64,000 nucleotides of DNA, taken from positions 13,755 through 77,754 of IMG/VR virus record IMGVR_UViG_3300031553_000001. The stretch is one strand, 5' to 3'. The notes under the pieces were generated by a model. It was not told where the DNA came from. It worked only from the letters and a program-made list of their open reading frames with translations, and made no database searches. Positions 53,387 to 64,000 of the stretch are shown here, piece by piece. This stretch comes from a virus. The stretch's first letter is position 1. Every line of letters starts with the position of its first letter. Made by a program: the position numbers and the translations under genes.

Positions 53387-54003
53387 GAAATAAGTGCTCG
53401 AATTATGTCATCGTATGACTTGGCATCTGGACAGTCATATTGCTTAGCCAACAACTTCACTACAGCATCCGCCACCTTGCGCGGAGGCACTGGCATTATC
53501 GTTGGCAGATATGGAGCAAGCGCGTTACGTGCCTGGCGGAACGTCACAGAATTCCTGGCTGCTATGTAGTATTTGGCTACTGTAAGTTCATCCTGTACCA
53601 TGGCTGTAAACTCATCATCGCTGGGTTTGTCAATTCGCACAGTACCGTTGTGTTGTTTTATAAATCGGTTCCATGCCTTGGCTCCGCAAAACACATTTAT
53701 GGGTACAGATGACATGTGCTTGCTTTTACACCAGGGCCACCAGGTATTTACTACTGAGTATGCATAGTCATCATATGACACATCCAGGTCATCCAATTTG
53801 TGTTGGATTCCCAGCAGCTTGCGGAAATATTTGTTATGAACTTGCACATCTCTGTCACACACATGATTTATGGCATTGATGTATGATTGAGCCAGTGGAG
53901 GCATCCCATCAAGGGATTGAGACATATTCGGTTTGGAAGTTCTCTTGCTCATAGACAGCCATCCTCTCCTCTGTATGATCCAACAGATAGTTATTACCAT
54001 CAT
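53383..54003 (-). CDS. Hypothetical protein; likely start ATG at 53952
   Basis: ATGA coupling to the helicase gene. Confidence 0.55.
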   Translation of the reverse strand: MMVITICWIIQRRGWLSMSKRTSKPNMSQSLDGMPPLAQSYINAINHVCDRDVQVHNKYFRKLLGIQHKLDDLDVSYDDYAYSVVNTWWPWCKSKHMSSVPINVFCGAKAWNRFIKQHNGTVRIDKPSDDEFTAMVQDELTVAKYYIAARNSVTFRQARNALAPYLPTIMPVPPRKVADAVVKLLAKQYDCPDAKSYDDIIRALIS

Positions 54004-55357
54004 CTATAAAATCGTGGACGTGCATCACGTTCCTGCCTTCTTTGCGACGTAATCCCCGACCAATGCGTTGTAGCAATTTTATGTGAGATTTGCCACCACA
54101 AGCCAAGATCACAACATCCAATGCAGGCACATCCACACCCTCATCGAAGATGTTGGTAGCAACTACCACTCTTGGGTCATCACTATCCAATTGGGATAAC
54201 GCCTGTTGTCGCTCTGCCACTGATGAATTACCGCACACAAATGTAGCCAATATTCCCCGCTCTACTAGGCCAGCGGCCAGAAATCTACCATGTGCTATCC
54301 TAGTGACGATTATCAATGCTGACTTTCCGGCAGCCAACTCACGTTGAGCTATGTCCAAGATAGTCTCATTGCGTTGGTCATTCTCCAGAATCATTTCAGT
54401 ATAGGCAGTTTGCCAATCTAGGCTCCATCCAGCATATTTACTCTCTGACAACTCGTGCATGTATACAACCGGCTTAGCACTCCAACCAGCATCTATCAGT
54501 TGTGTATTGGAAACGTCCACACACAGTGGGCCAGTACAAGAAATCAGCTTCAGATCATTTAGAAGGCCACGATCCAATGGTGTACCAGACATTCCATATC
54601 TATACCAACCAGGCACTTTCATTAACACATCAAAAGTGCGATTGTTGGCAACGTGGTGGCATTCATCAATAACTAAGATATTGTTGTGTTGGAACCTTTC
54701 CTTGAACACATCCAATCCGCCACGCTTGAGCAGTGAATCCAAGGTCTGAATGGTAGCCACTACTATGTCATCGGTGGATCTGTGTGAATCCCCAATAACG
54801 CCAACAGACCGACCCAGATATGATTTGAGTCGGTCTGATGTCTGATACAATAAATCCTTAGATTGCACAATCACTACAGTGTTGGAATTGCCTAAGGATT
54901 TTATCAATGCCGCAAACACCACTGTCTTGCCAGCATTGGTAGCCATTTTGGCTACACCACGTTCCTTGTTTAGAAGCACATTTATAGCATCAAGTTGGTA
55001 ATCTCTTATTTCCACATTATCAAGCATCGCGATTGATGTGGAAGCAGGATACATGCGCCTATTGGTTCCAACTGCAGCGTTGCCAGTTCGCAGATGTTCC
55101 CACGTGAATTTGCATTCAATTCCATTATCAGTTAATACATTAGCCACGATGGAAACCAATCCAGTAGGAAGACGTTTACCGCGCACCAATGAAATATAGC
55201 CATCCCATAGACCAGATTTGTATTTGGGCATCCATTGGTAACCAGATGGCCTAGCACGACATGTCTGACGAATGATCTTCCAAGCTGATGTTGATGCTTT
55301 TATAACGTGTGAGTACACATCGTCCACACTGATGTAACAAATAGACATAGCTATCAC
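53909..55357 (-). CDS. Superfamily 2 DExH helicase (UvsW-like)
   Basis: RDYQ, ATNAGKT, DECH, SGTP, EGVDVP, QRIGRGLR. Confidence 0.92.
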   Translation of the reverse strand: MIAMSICYISVDDVYSHVIKASTSAWKIIRQTCRARPSGYQWMPKYKSGLWDGYISLVRGKRLPTGLVSIVANVLTDNGIECKFTWEHLRTGNAAVGTNRRMYPASTSIAMLDNVEIRDYQLDAINVLLNKERGVAKMATNAGKTVVFAALIKSLGNSNTVVIVQSKDLLYQTSDRLKSYLGRSVGVIGDSHRSTDDIVVATIQTLDSLLKRGGLDVFKERFQHNNILVIDECHHVANNRTFDVLMKVPGWYRYGMSGTPLDRGLLNDLKLISCTGPLCVDVSNTQLIDAGWSAKPVVYMHELSESKYAGWSLDWQTAYTEMILENDQRNETILDIAQRELAAGKSALIIVTRIAHGRFLAAGLVERGILATFVCGNSSVAERQQALSQLDSDDPRVVVATNIFDEGVDVPALDVVILACGGKSHIKLLQRIGRGLRRKEGRNVMHVHDFIDDGNNYLLDHTEERMAVYEQENFQTEYVSIP

Positions 55358-55360
55358 CTC

Positions 55361-55377
55361 CTACATTAGAAAACTTG
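55361..55377 (-). promoter_or_regulatory. Degenerate promoter-like motif (CAAGTTTTCTAATGTAG) at the tail/replication boundary
   Basis: Three mismatches to the consensus; directly upstream of the helicase RBS. Confidence 0.4.
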
Positions 55378-55391
55378 CTTGTAAGAAGGCG

Positions 55392-55978
55392 CTAGGATAC
55401 TACATCCGCTACACCTTCTCTCAACTCAGTGAGTTTGCCTTCCAGCAGTTTGATGGCCTGTAGGCATTTCGCCATCTGCGTCTTGGCCTTCTGGAGCATC
55501 TGCTTGTCATCAATGTCCTGAGCAATCTTAGCATCCAGCGTGTGGCTGTAATATGTATTCTGCCATAGTTGTAGTTTTTGGATTAGTATCTGGCGTTTGG
55601 TGTCTATTGAAACTTCCATCATAACATCCCTTCTTGTTCTAATGCTCGCTGTTTTGTCCAATTGTCAATGGTCTGTAGTGAACTGAGAATAGCTAGTGGA
55701 ATCTCAGCAATCTCCATCTCAGCGACCACTCTACCACCAGTAATTTGATCCAGGACTGCCCCCTCGGCATCCAGGAACTGATAGCGTCGTGCGATTTGAA
55801 TCATGCTGCCTTGTCGTGTTATGGTCAACTTGCCTAGCTCCAGGTCTGTGGCCGTCCACGTTTTATCTGTCATTGCATCCTCACTTTGCAGCGTACACTC
55901 TGATATATCCCACGTTGTTGTTAACTTGCACTTCGATCCAGTCCTGTTCGGTTGCAGCAGCACGTCCAGCATCCACAA
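55392..55978 (-). CDS. Two small proteins after the tail fibre (55392..55661, 55619..55978); possible fibre chaperones
   Basis: Position only; true starts are probably internal (MEVSID, MTDKTW). Confidence 0.45.
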
Positions 55979-58352
55979 ACTCCAAGTCTAGTGTGGCAAA
56001 GTTCCATTCCGTGAGACTGCCTGGCACCAGCGCCCCATAGCCAACATTTCCGTCGCTGGCCATCACCATTCTATGATCAGCTGCCCCACCAGTCTTAAAT
56101 ACAATCTCAGCACCATCAGCATCACCCGCGACAAACTCGAAGTTCCCCTCGCTGCCAGCAAACTCATTTCCAAAGAGGTTCACGTAGGCACCACGAGAAT
56201 AACTGGCTGCTCCTCCACCAGCTATCTGTATCCGCTTGTTATCAGATGCATCCGCTGAATCTGTGGAAATTATTGATGTAGTGTCTCCTAAAGTCAGCAA
56301 GTTCGTAGGCTCCGTCGTCCCGATGCCGACGTTGCCGTCACTACCTCGCACGAACAGGGCATTGGCCTGACCAACCGCTTCCGCTCTGAAGTCGATGTCA
56401 GCACCATCCTGGTTGATCACCAACTCACGCTGCGCATTGGTGGATACAATGGTCAGGTAATCATCCGCTCCGCCCGCATCCACGATGTGCAGCGCATCCG
56501 CCAGGTTGTCTGGAACCGTGATGACGTTTGCGCCCGTCGCCCCGCCGAATATAACATCCTGGGTATACAGGTCCCAGCGGTGCGTCGCATCGCCCAAGTC
56601 CTGGCCACTCGCATCGGTTGGATCAAAGTGTTGTCCAGAAGCCATCGTGATTGTACTGTCAATGGTGTAATCACTACTCAACACACCACCAGCATCGGAC
56701 TGGACTATCCCAGCACCCAATGCGCCAAGTGTGACTTGCCCATCACTACCTTGGACAACCAGCGCATCGGCTACGCCGATTGCATGTATTATGGTGTCGA
56801 TGTCTACACTGCCAGGGTTGATTTCAAATTCGTCTTGAGCAGCCTCCGTCATGTACAAGAAATCGACGCCACCAACACGGAAGCCTGCAAAGTCTGGCGA
56901 AAAAGCCAAATATGTGTCTGGGTCACCAATGTGATACAACAAATTCTTTATGCCTAAATCAGCATCAGGCAATTCCACTGTATCTGGTATACCGTTGGTG
57001 AATACGAATCGGCCATCGGCTGGCCCAAGGCCTGCATATCCGCCATCTGAGATTATCAAACTGGCAAACGTTGGCGTGCCTGCCGGTTGGAGTGTGTCAT
57101 GTATGGCTTGTGTGAAATGCCAGTAATCGCCTGCTGCACCACCTTGGATACCGCCCAAGTTGTTATGAGTCAACATACCACCACCAGCACCGCTGGGCAT
57201 AGTATCACACCAATATGTCCCATCATAGATCAATAGCAGGTGGTCAGTGGGCTCATCCAGGTTTATGTCTACCCTGTTATGCAGCCATATGTTCCCCACA
57301 TTGTGTTTGACCACGATTTTATATGTAGTGTACAGACCTGGGTTGGCAGGTTTTATCATCAACAGTTGGCCGCAACCATATATTGGATCTGGAGTGATGG
57401 TCTCCAGTTCATCTATAGCAACTGGCCAATCCGCATACATCGGTGATTGGATGTGTAATTCGTGGTAGAATTGGGTTGGGATGATGGTCTTGTTGACTAT
57501 GGTGATTGGATCGTAACAGGCCATCATTAGCTCTTCCAAGCCAAGGATGCTTGAGCCACCATCACCCACACCACTATGGTGATGTTCTATGACTTGGTTG
57601 CCCAGAGTGCCCCACAAGGATTTATATTGCCATATATCTGTGTGAGCTATGGTTGTCATGCCATTGCGCAAGTCCACCAGACCTAGTGGTGTTGATAGCT
57701 CTGGAGCATCTGGAATGTCTGCTGGGGCTGCCTCCGGCACTGATGCTCCAGCAATGGCATTCAACGATCCATCAATCAACAATACATATACAACGACGTA
57801 GCAATGCTGACCAGCCACACCAGGCACATAGCCAGTCAGATCAATAGCCAGCCCAGAAAATTCCTCCAGTACCGTGCCGTGGGGATAGTAGAATCCATGG
57901 ACGTAGACACTCATCGACTCTGGATCTGTTGCTGCTACAAAACCAGGAACCATATTGTCAAGGTCGATGGGTGCTGGGTCTGTTCCAGTGGATCCTTGGT
58001 GAGTTGAGCCATGGTGAGGCAAGACATAGGGCAACCAACCAGATTCCACCAATTCTTGGGTATACATCGATATATCGACACCCAAGACTTGCTCAAATTC
58101 ATCGGATGGGTAGCGCTTACCTACCAATACGGGAGTGCCATCCTCCAACCACCACAGGGCAAGGTTTCGTACTTGGGATAGCTTGCTTTGTTCCTCATTA
58201 TATCTAATCCAAGACCACCCGTATTTGCCAGCAACCTCTACATTGCCAGCACCATCACCTAGCAGGCCATGGCGTAGTGGACTATACGTCTGGAAGGAGC
58301 GCAATAACATAGCCCAAGCACTTAACATATCGTGCAAAGAGGCATTAGGCAT
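55881..58352 (-). CDS. Tail fibre / receptor-binding protein
   Basis: Gly-rich beta segments, HxH motifs, repeated IN-x4-DID...AL-x-V-x-GSDG and GNVGIGTTEP. Confidence 0.75.
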   Translation of the reverse strand: MPNASLHDMLSAWAMLLRSFQTYSPLRHGLLGDGAGNVEVAGKYGWSWIRYNEEQSKLSQVRNLALWWLEDGTPVLVGKRYPSDEFEQVLGVDISMYTQELVESGWLPYVLPHHGSTHQGSTGTDPAPIDLDNMVPGFVAATDPESMSVYVHGFYYPHGTVLEEFSGLAIDLTGYVPGVAGQHCYVVVYVLLIDGSLNAIAGASVPEAAPADIPDAPELSTPLGLVDLRNGMTTIAHTDIWQYKSLWGTLGNQVIEHHHSGVGDGGSSILGLEELMMACYDPITIVNKTIIPTQFYHELHIQSPMYADWPVAIDELETITPDPIYGCGQLLMIKPANPGLYTTYKIVVKHNVGNIWLHNRVDINLDEPTDHLLLIYDGTYWCDTMPSGAGGGMLTHNNLGGIQGGAAGDYWHFTQAIHDTLQPAGTPTFASLIISDGGYAGLGPADGRFVFTNGIPDTVELPDADLGIKNLLYHIGDPDTYLAFSPDFAGFRVGGVDFLYMTEAAQDEFEINPGSVDIDTIIHAIGVADALVVQGSDGQVTLGALGAGIVQSDAGGVLSSDYTIDSTITMASGQHFDPTDASGQDLGDATHRWDLYTQDVIFGGATGANVITVPDNLADALHIVDAGGADDYLTIVSTNAQRELVINQDGADIDFRAEAVGQANALFVRGSDGNVGIGTTEPTNLLTLGDTTSIISTDSADASDNKRIQIAGGGAASYSRGAYVNLFGNEFAGSEGNFEFVAGDADGAEIVFKTGGAADHRMVMASDGNVGYGALVPGSLTEWNFATLDLEFVDAGRAAATEQDWIEVQVNNNVGYIRVYAAK

Positions 58353-61300
58353 TATGCACTTCCCTCACTGTCACGGTCAATATCACGGATCTCAGTCACG
58401 CCAAAACCTCTCAGGTTGCCAGTTTTGTCCTGCCAAGCCCCCTGACCTTGCGACCAATAGTACATATATGCCACCCCACCAGAACTTCCACCAATTAGTG
58501 CCGATTGCAACACATTCCCGCTCCAGACAACAAATGATGCAAACACGCCGTATGTCCCTGGTGCACCAGGGATAAGAGGAAGACCTGTCCACGTAGTGCC
58601 ACCATCGTTCGACCACTTACAAGCACGAATGTCTGGCTCACTATTGAGTAGCCAGATGTAGTCTGGATTATTGCCTGTACCTATTTTGGTGTAGTAATTA
58701 TTTGAGCTAGGAACTATATAGTGAGTGACAAATTGGTCATCACTAGCCCAATACCTTCCTGGCTGGCCTGCCACACCACCACCTGCCCCCCAAAGAACAT
58801 GCCGGTCAGGATTGGAAGCATCCACGTAGGGTATAGATATGCTAGTGTAGCGTCCAATATTGCCCCATTGGGATTGCTGCAATTGGCCCCAGTTCACCCC
58901 ACGGTTCGTGGTTCTATGCAAACGAAGCCAACTACTACCTGGATTCCCGACGCATTCCGGCTGTGTCGCATATAGAACATTCCCTGCACTGTGCTGGGCG
59001 AACTTTATGAATGATTTGCCATTGCCACTAGCTCCAGCAATCGGAGGGACAAAACCATTCAAGATTGCTCCGCCTTGGAATATGACATAACGATTTTCAT
59101 TCCAAGACCCTCCGTGCCCCCACCTCGATATTCTATACGTAAACGCCCATAGCCCATCGACCTCGATGGACATATCGAGATATGTGAAATCGATGTAATC
59201 ACCAGGAGACCATGTATCGACTGCAAACAAAGCATCCAAATCTGCCCAAGTGACATCTTGTACCCACGTACCGAATGGGAACCCATCCATGTGCCAAACG
59301 CCAGACTGAGTTCCAACGCATAGACGTTTTGACGTTACGCCTGGTGTCCACCAGTGAAATGGGGCACGTGCCATTCCATAGCAACTAAGATCGTGTGCTG
59401 TTATAAGTCCATCATTTATAGCATACCAATAGGGATTTGCTGGCCCAATATCATCCGTGACAAACACGCCGACATTGGTGGATATCATTCGACGACCCAA
59501 ATCTTCTGGATTAGGGCCTGGTCCTGGCCCTGGTCCATTCGGCAATGGTGGACGACGTATTTCTGGCAACTCTTCTGGAATGACTATGGTTTGACCTGGT
59601 GGCCCATCAGTTTCTTGTTCCAACAACACAAACGTGAATATCGCACCATGCGCATCATATCTGTACAATGTCTCACGGATTATGTATCTGCCAGACAGAG
59701 TACCACGTTCCGTCACCAGACCATTCAGGTCGATGCTCTCTTGTAGTGCTGGGTCACACACTCTCCAATTTCCAGCCAATGCCATCTTGACTGATGAGAA
59801 TTCTACATTGTTATAAGCCAGCAGTCTACCGGACAGAATATTGAGCTCATCTTGGTCAGTGATAGCCAGTGCCATAGACGTGTCGGGCCTGCCGTGGTAC
59901 TTATCAAATGATCCAGGTGCGCCGGATTTGTATGGTGTGACCCCTTCATCCCCATATGTCAGGCCACCCAACTCCACATAATTACATTCAGCAATGTTAT
60001 TTTGCTGAATATCCATAGTATCCAACCAATCTCCAGCATCCAGTACCCACAGCGTAGTAGATCCGCCTGGCGCAAGCATTTGTACATCTATGCTACAGAA
60101 GAACCGTCCAAACCTATCACATAGCAACCTGGCAAATAACCTTCCTTGTAAGAATTCATTCAGCGTGGACTTTATATCTCCTTGCAAAAAGTCCTGTGCT
60201 TTTATTCTATGAGTGTCACCGGTCTGGTACACGTCAGCTATGAGACTCAGCGTCGTATGCCAGGCTATGTAGTACCTGATAGCCCTATCCACAGTCAACT
60301 CAGGTGTATCTATCCACTGTTCAGATAGCGTATTGTCATTTATCACGATGGGATAGTTCTGTTGCTTGCCAGCCATCTCACTTTCAGATATGGCATCAAA
60401 TGTGACGGTCTGTGTCTCTGGATCATACTTGATGGAATCATCGGCCACACGTCCCACAAACAGGATGTTCTCCCTGTCTGAAATGGGACCAATACTTTCA
60501 GAGATTGAACCATGTTCCAATGTATATGCATCGTAGCCTTGATAGGTATCCTCAGTGAACAGGATTATCAACGCTCCAGGCTGCACGATGGTATCACTGG
60601 CTGCATCTTCATATAGAGTAATAGTGGTTTTCCAATATCCCTGCTGGAATGAGCCACTCACGTCAGTGAAAGAAAAGGATACGATAGGCTCAGCATTCCA
60701 TGGATCGCCCGCTTGTCGCTCACCAGGTCTGCGCAAAGTGAATACATAACGTATGCCACGCCTGAACGACAAAGTGTCGTCGTTCCCATTGCCATCGTCT
60801 ATCTCTAACGTAACTCTGAACCCAGCCAAGCCGGATACGTTGGTATAGATTTTTGGCGCTGGATTCTCGATATTATCATTCCACACGCCGCCCACATGGT
60901 CAGTCTCACCCTCACTGACCCAAGTGGCCACCGCTGCACCCACCGCAGGCGCATAGCTATCACTCCAGTCAAAGTCCACTGAGACTGAGCCACCAACCTC
61001 CATAAATTCCACTGCGTGTGATCCCATGATGGGTACAGGTGGCATCATAGCCAATCGCCTGGCAACATCGTTAGCTCCAATGTCAGTCCACAAAATGTCA
61101 TAGTCCTTGTGCCAAGTAATCACGCCAGCAGCATTATCAATCCGACCATACCGCTGCCATAGCCTGAATTCATCCCACACAGCCACGTAGTCATCATCCT
61201 CAACATTTCCAACTAGATCAGATGATGTAGCTATGTCCAACGTGACTGTAGCCGCTCCAACTATCTGATCTCCACGTAACCTGAGAACTGCCTTGTCCCA

Positions 61301-61555
61301 AGCACCCACCTCACTACCTATCACAACAGTCATGCCATCCAATAGCGTGATGGGCCCAGCGTCAGCGTTGTTCACTGTCAAGGTAACTGTGGGATCACCA
61401 GCCAACACTCCATCGATCTGGCACGACCATTCGTAGCCATACCAGACAGGATATAAGCCTGGTGTATGCTGAGTTGGTTGTTGTACTACCAAATATGTAT
61501 CAGATGTTTGTGGGGCAGAGCGCATCAAATTCAGTGCGCCAGCAGGCATAGGCAT
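58352..61555 (-). CDS. Large tail tip / baseplate hub protein with C-terminal propeller-like region
   Basis: 1067 aa after the distal tail gene; Pro-Gly hinge; Asp-box-like motifs TTNRGVNW and SNDGGTTW. Confidence 0.7.
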   Translation of the reverse strand: MPMPAGALNLMRSAPQTSDTYLVVQQPTQHTPGLYPVWYGYEWSCQIDGVLAGDPTVTLTVNNADAGPITLLDGMTVVIGSEVGAWDKAVLRLRGDQIVGAATVTLDIATSSDLVGNVEDDDYVAVWDEFRLWQRYGRIDNAAGVITWHKDYDILWTDIGANDVARRLAMMPPVPIMGSHAVEFMEVGGSVSVDFDWSDSYAPAVGAAVATWVSEGETDHVGGVWNDNIENPAPKIYTNVSGLAGFRVTLEIDDGNGNDDTLSFRRGIRYVFTLRRPGERQAGDPWNAEPIVSFSFTDVSGSFQQGYWKTTITLYEDAASDTIVQPGALIILFTEDTYQGYDAYTLEHGSISESIGPISDRENILFVGRVADDSIKYDPETQTVTFDAISESEMAGKQQNYPIVINDNTLSEQWIDTPELTVDRAIRYYIAWHTTLSLIADVYQTGDTHRIKAQDFLQGDIKSTLNEFLQGRLFARLLCDRFGRFFCSIDVQMLAPGGSTTLWVLDAGDWLDTMDIQQNNIAECNYVELGGLTYGDEGVTPYKSGAPGSFDKYHGRPDTSMALAITDQDELNILSGRLLAYNNVEFSSVKMALAGNWRVCDPALQESIDLNGLVTERGTLSGRYIIRETLYRYDAHGAIFTFVLLEQETDGPPGQTIVIPEELPEIRRPPLPNGPGPGPGPNPEDLGRRMISTNVGVFVTDDIGPANPYWYAINDGLITAHDLSCYGMARAPFHWWTPGVTSKRLCVGTQSGVWHMDGFPFGTWVQDVTWADLDALFAVDTWSPGDYIDFTYLDMSIEVDGLWAFTYRISRWGHGGSWNENRYVIFQGGAILNGFVPPIAGASGNGKSFIKFAQHSAGNVLYATQPECVGNPGSSWLRLHRTTNRGVNWGQLQQSQWGNIGRYTSISIPYVDASNPDRHVLWGAGGGVAGQPGRYWASDDQFVTHYIVPSSNNYYTKIGTGNNPDYIWLLNSEPDIRACKWSNDGGTTWTGLPLIPGAPGTYGVFASFVVWSGNVLQSALIGGSSGGVAYMYYWSQGQGAWQDKTGNLRGFGVTEIRDIDRDSEGSA

Positions 61556-61986
61556 TATATTTCCACCATGTGGTCGAACACGACTGCTACATTACTCCAA
61601 TGCTGTGGAGATTTAGGCATTGTAGAACGCCCTTCACCATCCACTGGTCGTACCATAATTACACGGAAATCAGCTATTCTATCCGTCTGGCCCTGGCCCT
61701 TGTACGTGCGAATGTACAACGTCACGCTGGCATCCATGTCATTATCATAGAAGGACATCAGTTGATACATCTGTCCCTCAGACAGGAATGCCCACGCCCA
61801 CGACCCAATTGGATGTCCATACCCGCTATATGTGAAATCACCACGCCGTTTGCGAATTGCCCAAGGCTTGTATGAGTGGTTGGATGGGCATGGCAGGCCA
61901 TACCAAGTCACCGGCTTCATAGTTGCTATTGTCAAACCCATCTCGAATTCAGTACACTCAGCCACGTTGACCAACTCCTCCCGCAA
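61555..61986 (-). CDS. Distal tail protein (putative)
   Basis: Small beta protein directly after the tape measure gene. Confidence 0.5.
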   Translation of the reverse strand: MREELVNVAECTEFEMGLTIATMKPVTWYGLPCPSNHSYKPWAIRKRRGDFTYSGYGHPIGSWAWAFLSEGQMYQLMSFYDNDMDASVTLYIRTYKGQGQTDRIADFRVIMVRPVDGEGRSTMPKSPQHWSNVAVVFDHMVEI

Positions 61987-64000
61987 TCTGGGCCTGTAAT
62001 GAAGCGGCCAGTTGCGTCATCATATCATACATAATTGGTGCTATTTGTGCTTCCGTTTGGGGTGATACCCCATTCACGTTCACATTCCAGTCACTGAATT
62101 GGAAATTATGGGACGTAACGCTAGACAATGGAATAGCCGCTACTACCTCTGGTTCGCTCTCAGCCACGTTAATGGTTTGTGGACTCATAGCCAACCCAAC
62201 ACCGCCACCAGCCCATCCCCACTTTTCTGGATCGTAGCTACCTTCATTCCATTCTTCATATGAACTGGGTGTAGTTGGGCCTGCGCCATATTTCAACCCA
62301 CGTAGGCTTGCATAATAGCTCTCCCATAGCAGAAGGTCATCTTCAATGAATTCACCATGCAACCCCAGCAGGTATTTCAAACCTGTTTCATCAATCTTCT
62401 GCATCTCTGCCATGTGCTCACCCAAGGCTTTAATGTCATCCTCGTACTTCTCCCTAATGTCTTGGGCATCCCATGCTCTATGTCGCTCAAGGTCTTCCTT
62501 TTCCTCAGCCAATGAGCGTTCCAGACTGTCGAGATTCTGTTGTCTGGATTCCTCAGCTTCCTCTAGCCTACGCGCCAAATCTTCTTGTAAATCCTCCAGA
62601 CGCTCACGTTGGGCTTTGAGAAGTTCATCACGTTGCTTCTGTTGAGATTTGCGCAGATCCTCCAACTGGCGATCATAGTTTATCTTCTCATCTTCTTCAT
62701 CTCTGTCTCTGGCAATTCCGGCTTCCTTGAGCTGTCTATTCTTTTGGCGTATCAGCCTGGCAACAGCCACAGCATCGTTGCGCCTGGCTGCTTCATCTAC
62801 ATCCTCTACAAACCTGCGTTGGATGTCCTCTAGTGTACGCTGATAGTCCAGTTCAACATCCAATAGATTACGCGCATGATCCGTGGCAGCATCTGCCCGC
62901 TCATCCGCTTGTTCTGCTGCCAAATCACGTTCATCTTGTGCAGCATCTGCCAATACGTCAGCTCTGCGCCTGGCTGCATCCTTGGCAATCTTGATTACAT
63001 CTTCTTCATAGCGTCTGTATATATCTATCCTGCGTCTGGATGCACGAATAGCATTATCAATGTCTTGACGTGCCACCTTCTTGGCCATCTCAGCAAAATC
63101 TTTCATCATCTTATCATTCAACTCTGATATGGCAGATATGGCATCAGCCGTTTCCTCCGCAATAATGTCCATCGCATCACTGACTTCTTCCAGGGCAGGT
63201 GCGGCATCCTCAGCAGCCTCCTTCAATAAACCCAGACTGTCTGCAAATTTTATGAATGCTGGATCTGCCTTTGCCCTAACTCTATCAGCACCTTCCAACA
63301 GGTCATCGATGAGTGCTTTCTCAGCCACACGCAACTCCTCTATACGTGCCATAGATTCCTCATAATCTACATCATCCCATGCACCTGCAAAGACTTTTAT
63401 GGTAGCTACTGTTACGAGTATGGCATCTCGTAACATGTGCCAACCTTCCACCATGACCGCTATTCCAGCCACTACTCCATACACGACGATGGATGTGAAT
63501 TCCCCCAGCCTAACATTGAACCGTTCCAAGGAAGTTTCATTCTCCCCAATTTCTTCTCGTAGCGTGGCTATATCAGCAGCGAGTTGATGTAATGTACCCA
63601 ATGTGGTGCCTACAGCACCACCCAACTCCACAAGACCTCTACCCAATGCCTCGCCTAATGCAAGCGCAGCAGTGGCAGCTTTGCCAAGATTTATACTAAG
63701 TTCCTCCACTGCCTCTGCATTGTCCTCAAACCATTGCTGCATCTCTTTGAGATTGCGTGTGAGAAATTGGATCCATGCCATATATGCTGGTTGCGTAACT
63801 CGCCCCATTGCCAACGCCAGTTCTTCTTGATACCTGGCCATCGAACTTGCTTGCTTGCCAGCTGTGCCCATAGCCGCTTCATATGTACCTGCAACTCGTG
63901 CACCAGCTTTTATCACGGCATTTGCCATAATTTGTTGCTTCATGGCATACGTCATGCTCTTAGCAGCTGTTCCATTAGCTGCCGCATATGCCTCATACTC
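61958..64000 (-). CDS. Tape measure protein (5' part outside the window)
   Basis: Frame open to the window edge; Ala-rich helical and long charged coiled-coil segments; C-terminal GGG...VAE-x2-PE motif. Confidence 0.85.
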   Translation of the reverse strand, partial: EYEAYAAANGTAAKSMTYAMKQQIMANAVIKAGARVAGTYEAAMGTAGKQASSMARYQEELALAMGRVTQPAYMAWIQFLTRNLKEMQQWFEDNAEAVEELSINLGKAATAALALGEALGRGLVELGGAVGTTLGTLHQLAADIATLREEIGENETSLERFNVRLGEFTSIVVYGVVAGIAVMVEGWHMLRDAILVTVATIKVFAGAWDDVDYEESMARIEELRVAEKALIDDLLEGADRVRAKADPAFIKFADSLGLLKEAAEDAAPALEEVSDAMDIIAEETADAISAISELNDKMMKDFAEMAKKVARQDIDNAIRASRRRIDIYRRYEEDVIKIAKDAARRRADVLADAAQDERDLAAEQADERADAATDHARNLLDVELDYQRTLEDIQRRFVEDVDEAARRNDAVAVARLIRQKNRQLKEAGIARDRDEEDEKINYDRQLEDLRKSQQKQRDELLKAQRERLEDLQEDLARRLEEAEESRQQNLDSLERSLAEEKEDLERHRAWDAQDIREKYEDDIKALGEHMAEMQKIDETGLKYLLGLHGEFIEDDLLLWESYYASLRGLKYGAGPTTPSSYEEWNEGSYDPEKWGWAGGGVGLAMSPQTINVAESEPEVVAAIPLSSVTSHNFQFSDWNVNVNGVSPQTEAQIAPIMYDMMTQLAASLQAQIAGGVGQRG

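Noticed and set aside
55881-61555. Diversity-generating retroelement or invertible tail-fibre cassette
   Set aside because: No reverse transcriptase, invertase or adenine-variant template/variable repeat pair seen
141-63830. The many plus-strand ORFs in the track (e.g. 4771..5376, 6597..7262, 19951..20601, 46339..47019)
   Set aside because: Antisense shadows of well-supported minus-strand genes, without motifs or RBSs
1-64000. Prophage boundary, integrase or host genes
   Set aside because: No recombinase, att-like junction or housekeeping gene recognised; all content fits phage modules

Overview
About 64 kb of a tailed dsDNA bacteriophage, probably most of one genome. Essentially every real gene is on the minus strand. 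In transcription order (right to left) it holds: tape measure and tail genes (64.0-55.4 kb); SF2 helicase, DnaB-like helicase, an AT-rich origin-like gap and primase (55.4-50.6 kb); an early region behind a near-consensus sigma70 promoter with three type II hammerhead ribozymes (49.7-44.3 kb); a middle region (44.3-16 kb); and a packaging/head module (16-0 kb) with TerS-like gene, TerL, portal, MuF-like protein, protease, scaffold, capsid and two glycosyltransferases. The middle region carries a sigma-like factor, PolA with an N-terminal UDG domain, SSB, RecA, SbcD, two DNA methyltransferases, a thymidine-hypermodification set (kinase, amino acid:DNA transferase, intein-split radical SAM, PLP enzyme) and tRNA-Ile(UAU). 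Two secreted-type proteins suggest a Chloroflexota host (inference). No integrase was seen. The most unusual signals are: (1) a stand-alone Cas7/RAMP-like gene followed by a non-coding array of eight units, each a hexamer plus 4-6 NNN-GY pentamers, with a second 5-nt-periodic tract under its own promoter, a candidate minimal RNA-guided system; (2) a shared tag (M-x-hydrophobic-x-L-K-GSSSSGWYxPxxGTH) on several ADP-ribosyltransferase-like cargo genes and inside the portal; (3) an intein whose core is dual-coded with an out-of-frame endonuclease; (4) about 59 co-oriented TTGAYAAT octamers concentrated in the middle region. All calls come from motif recognition by eye; no searches were run.
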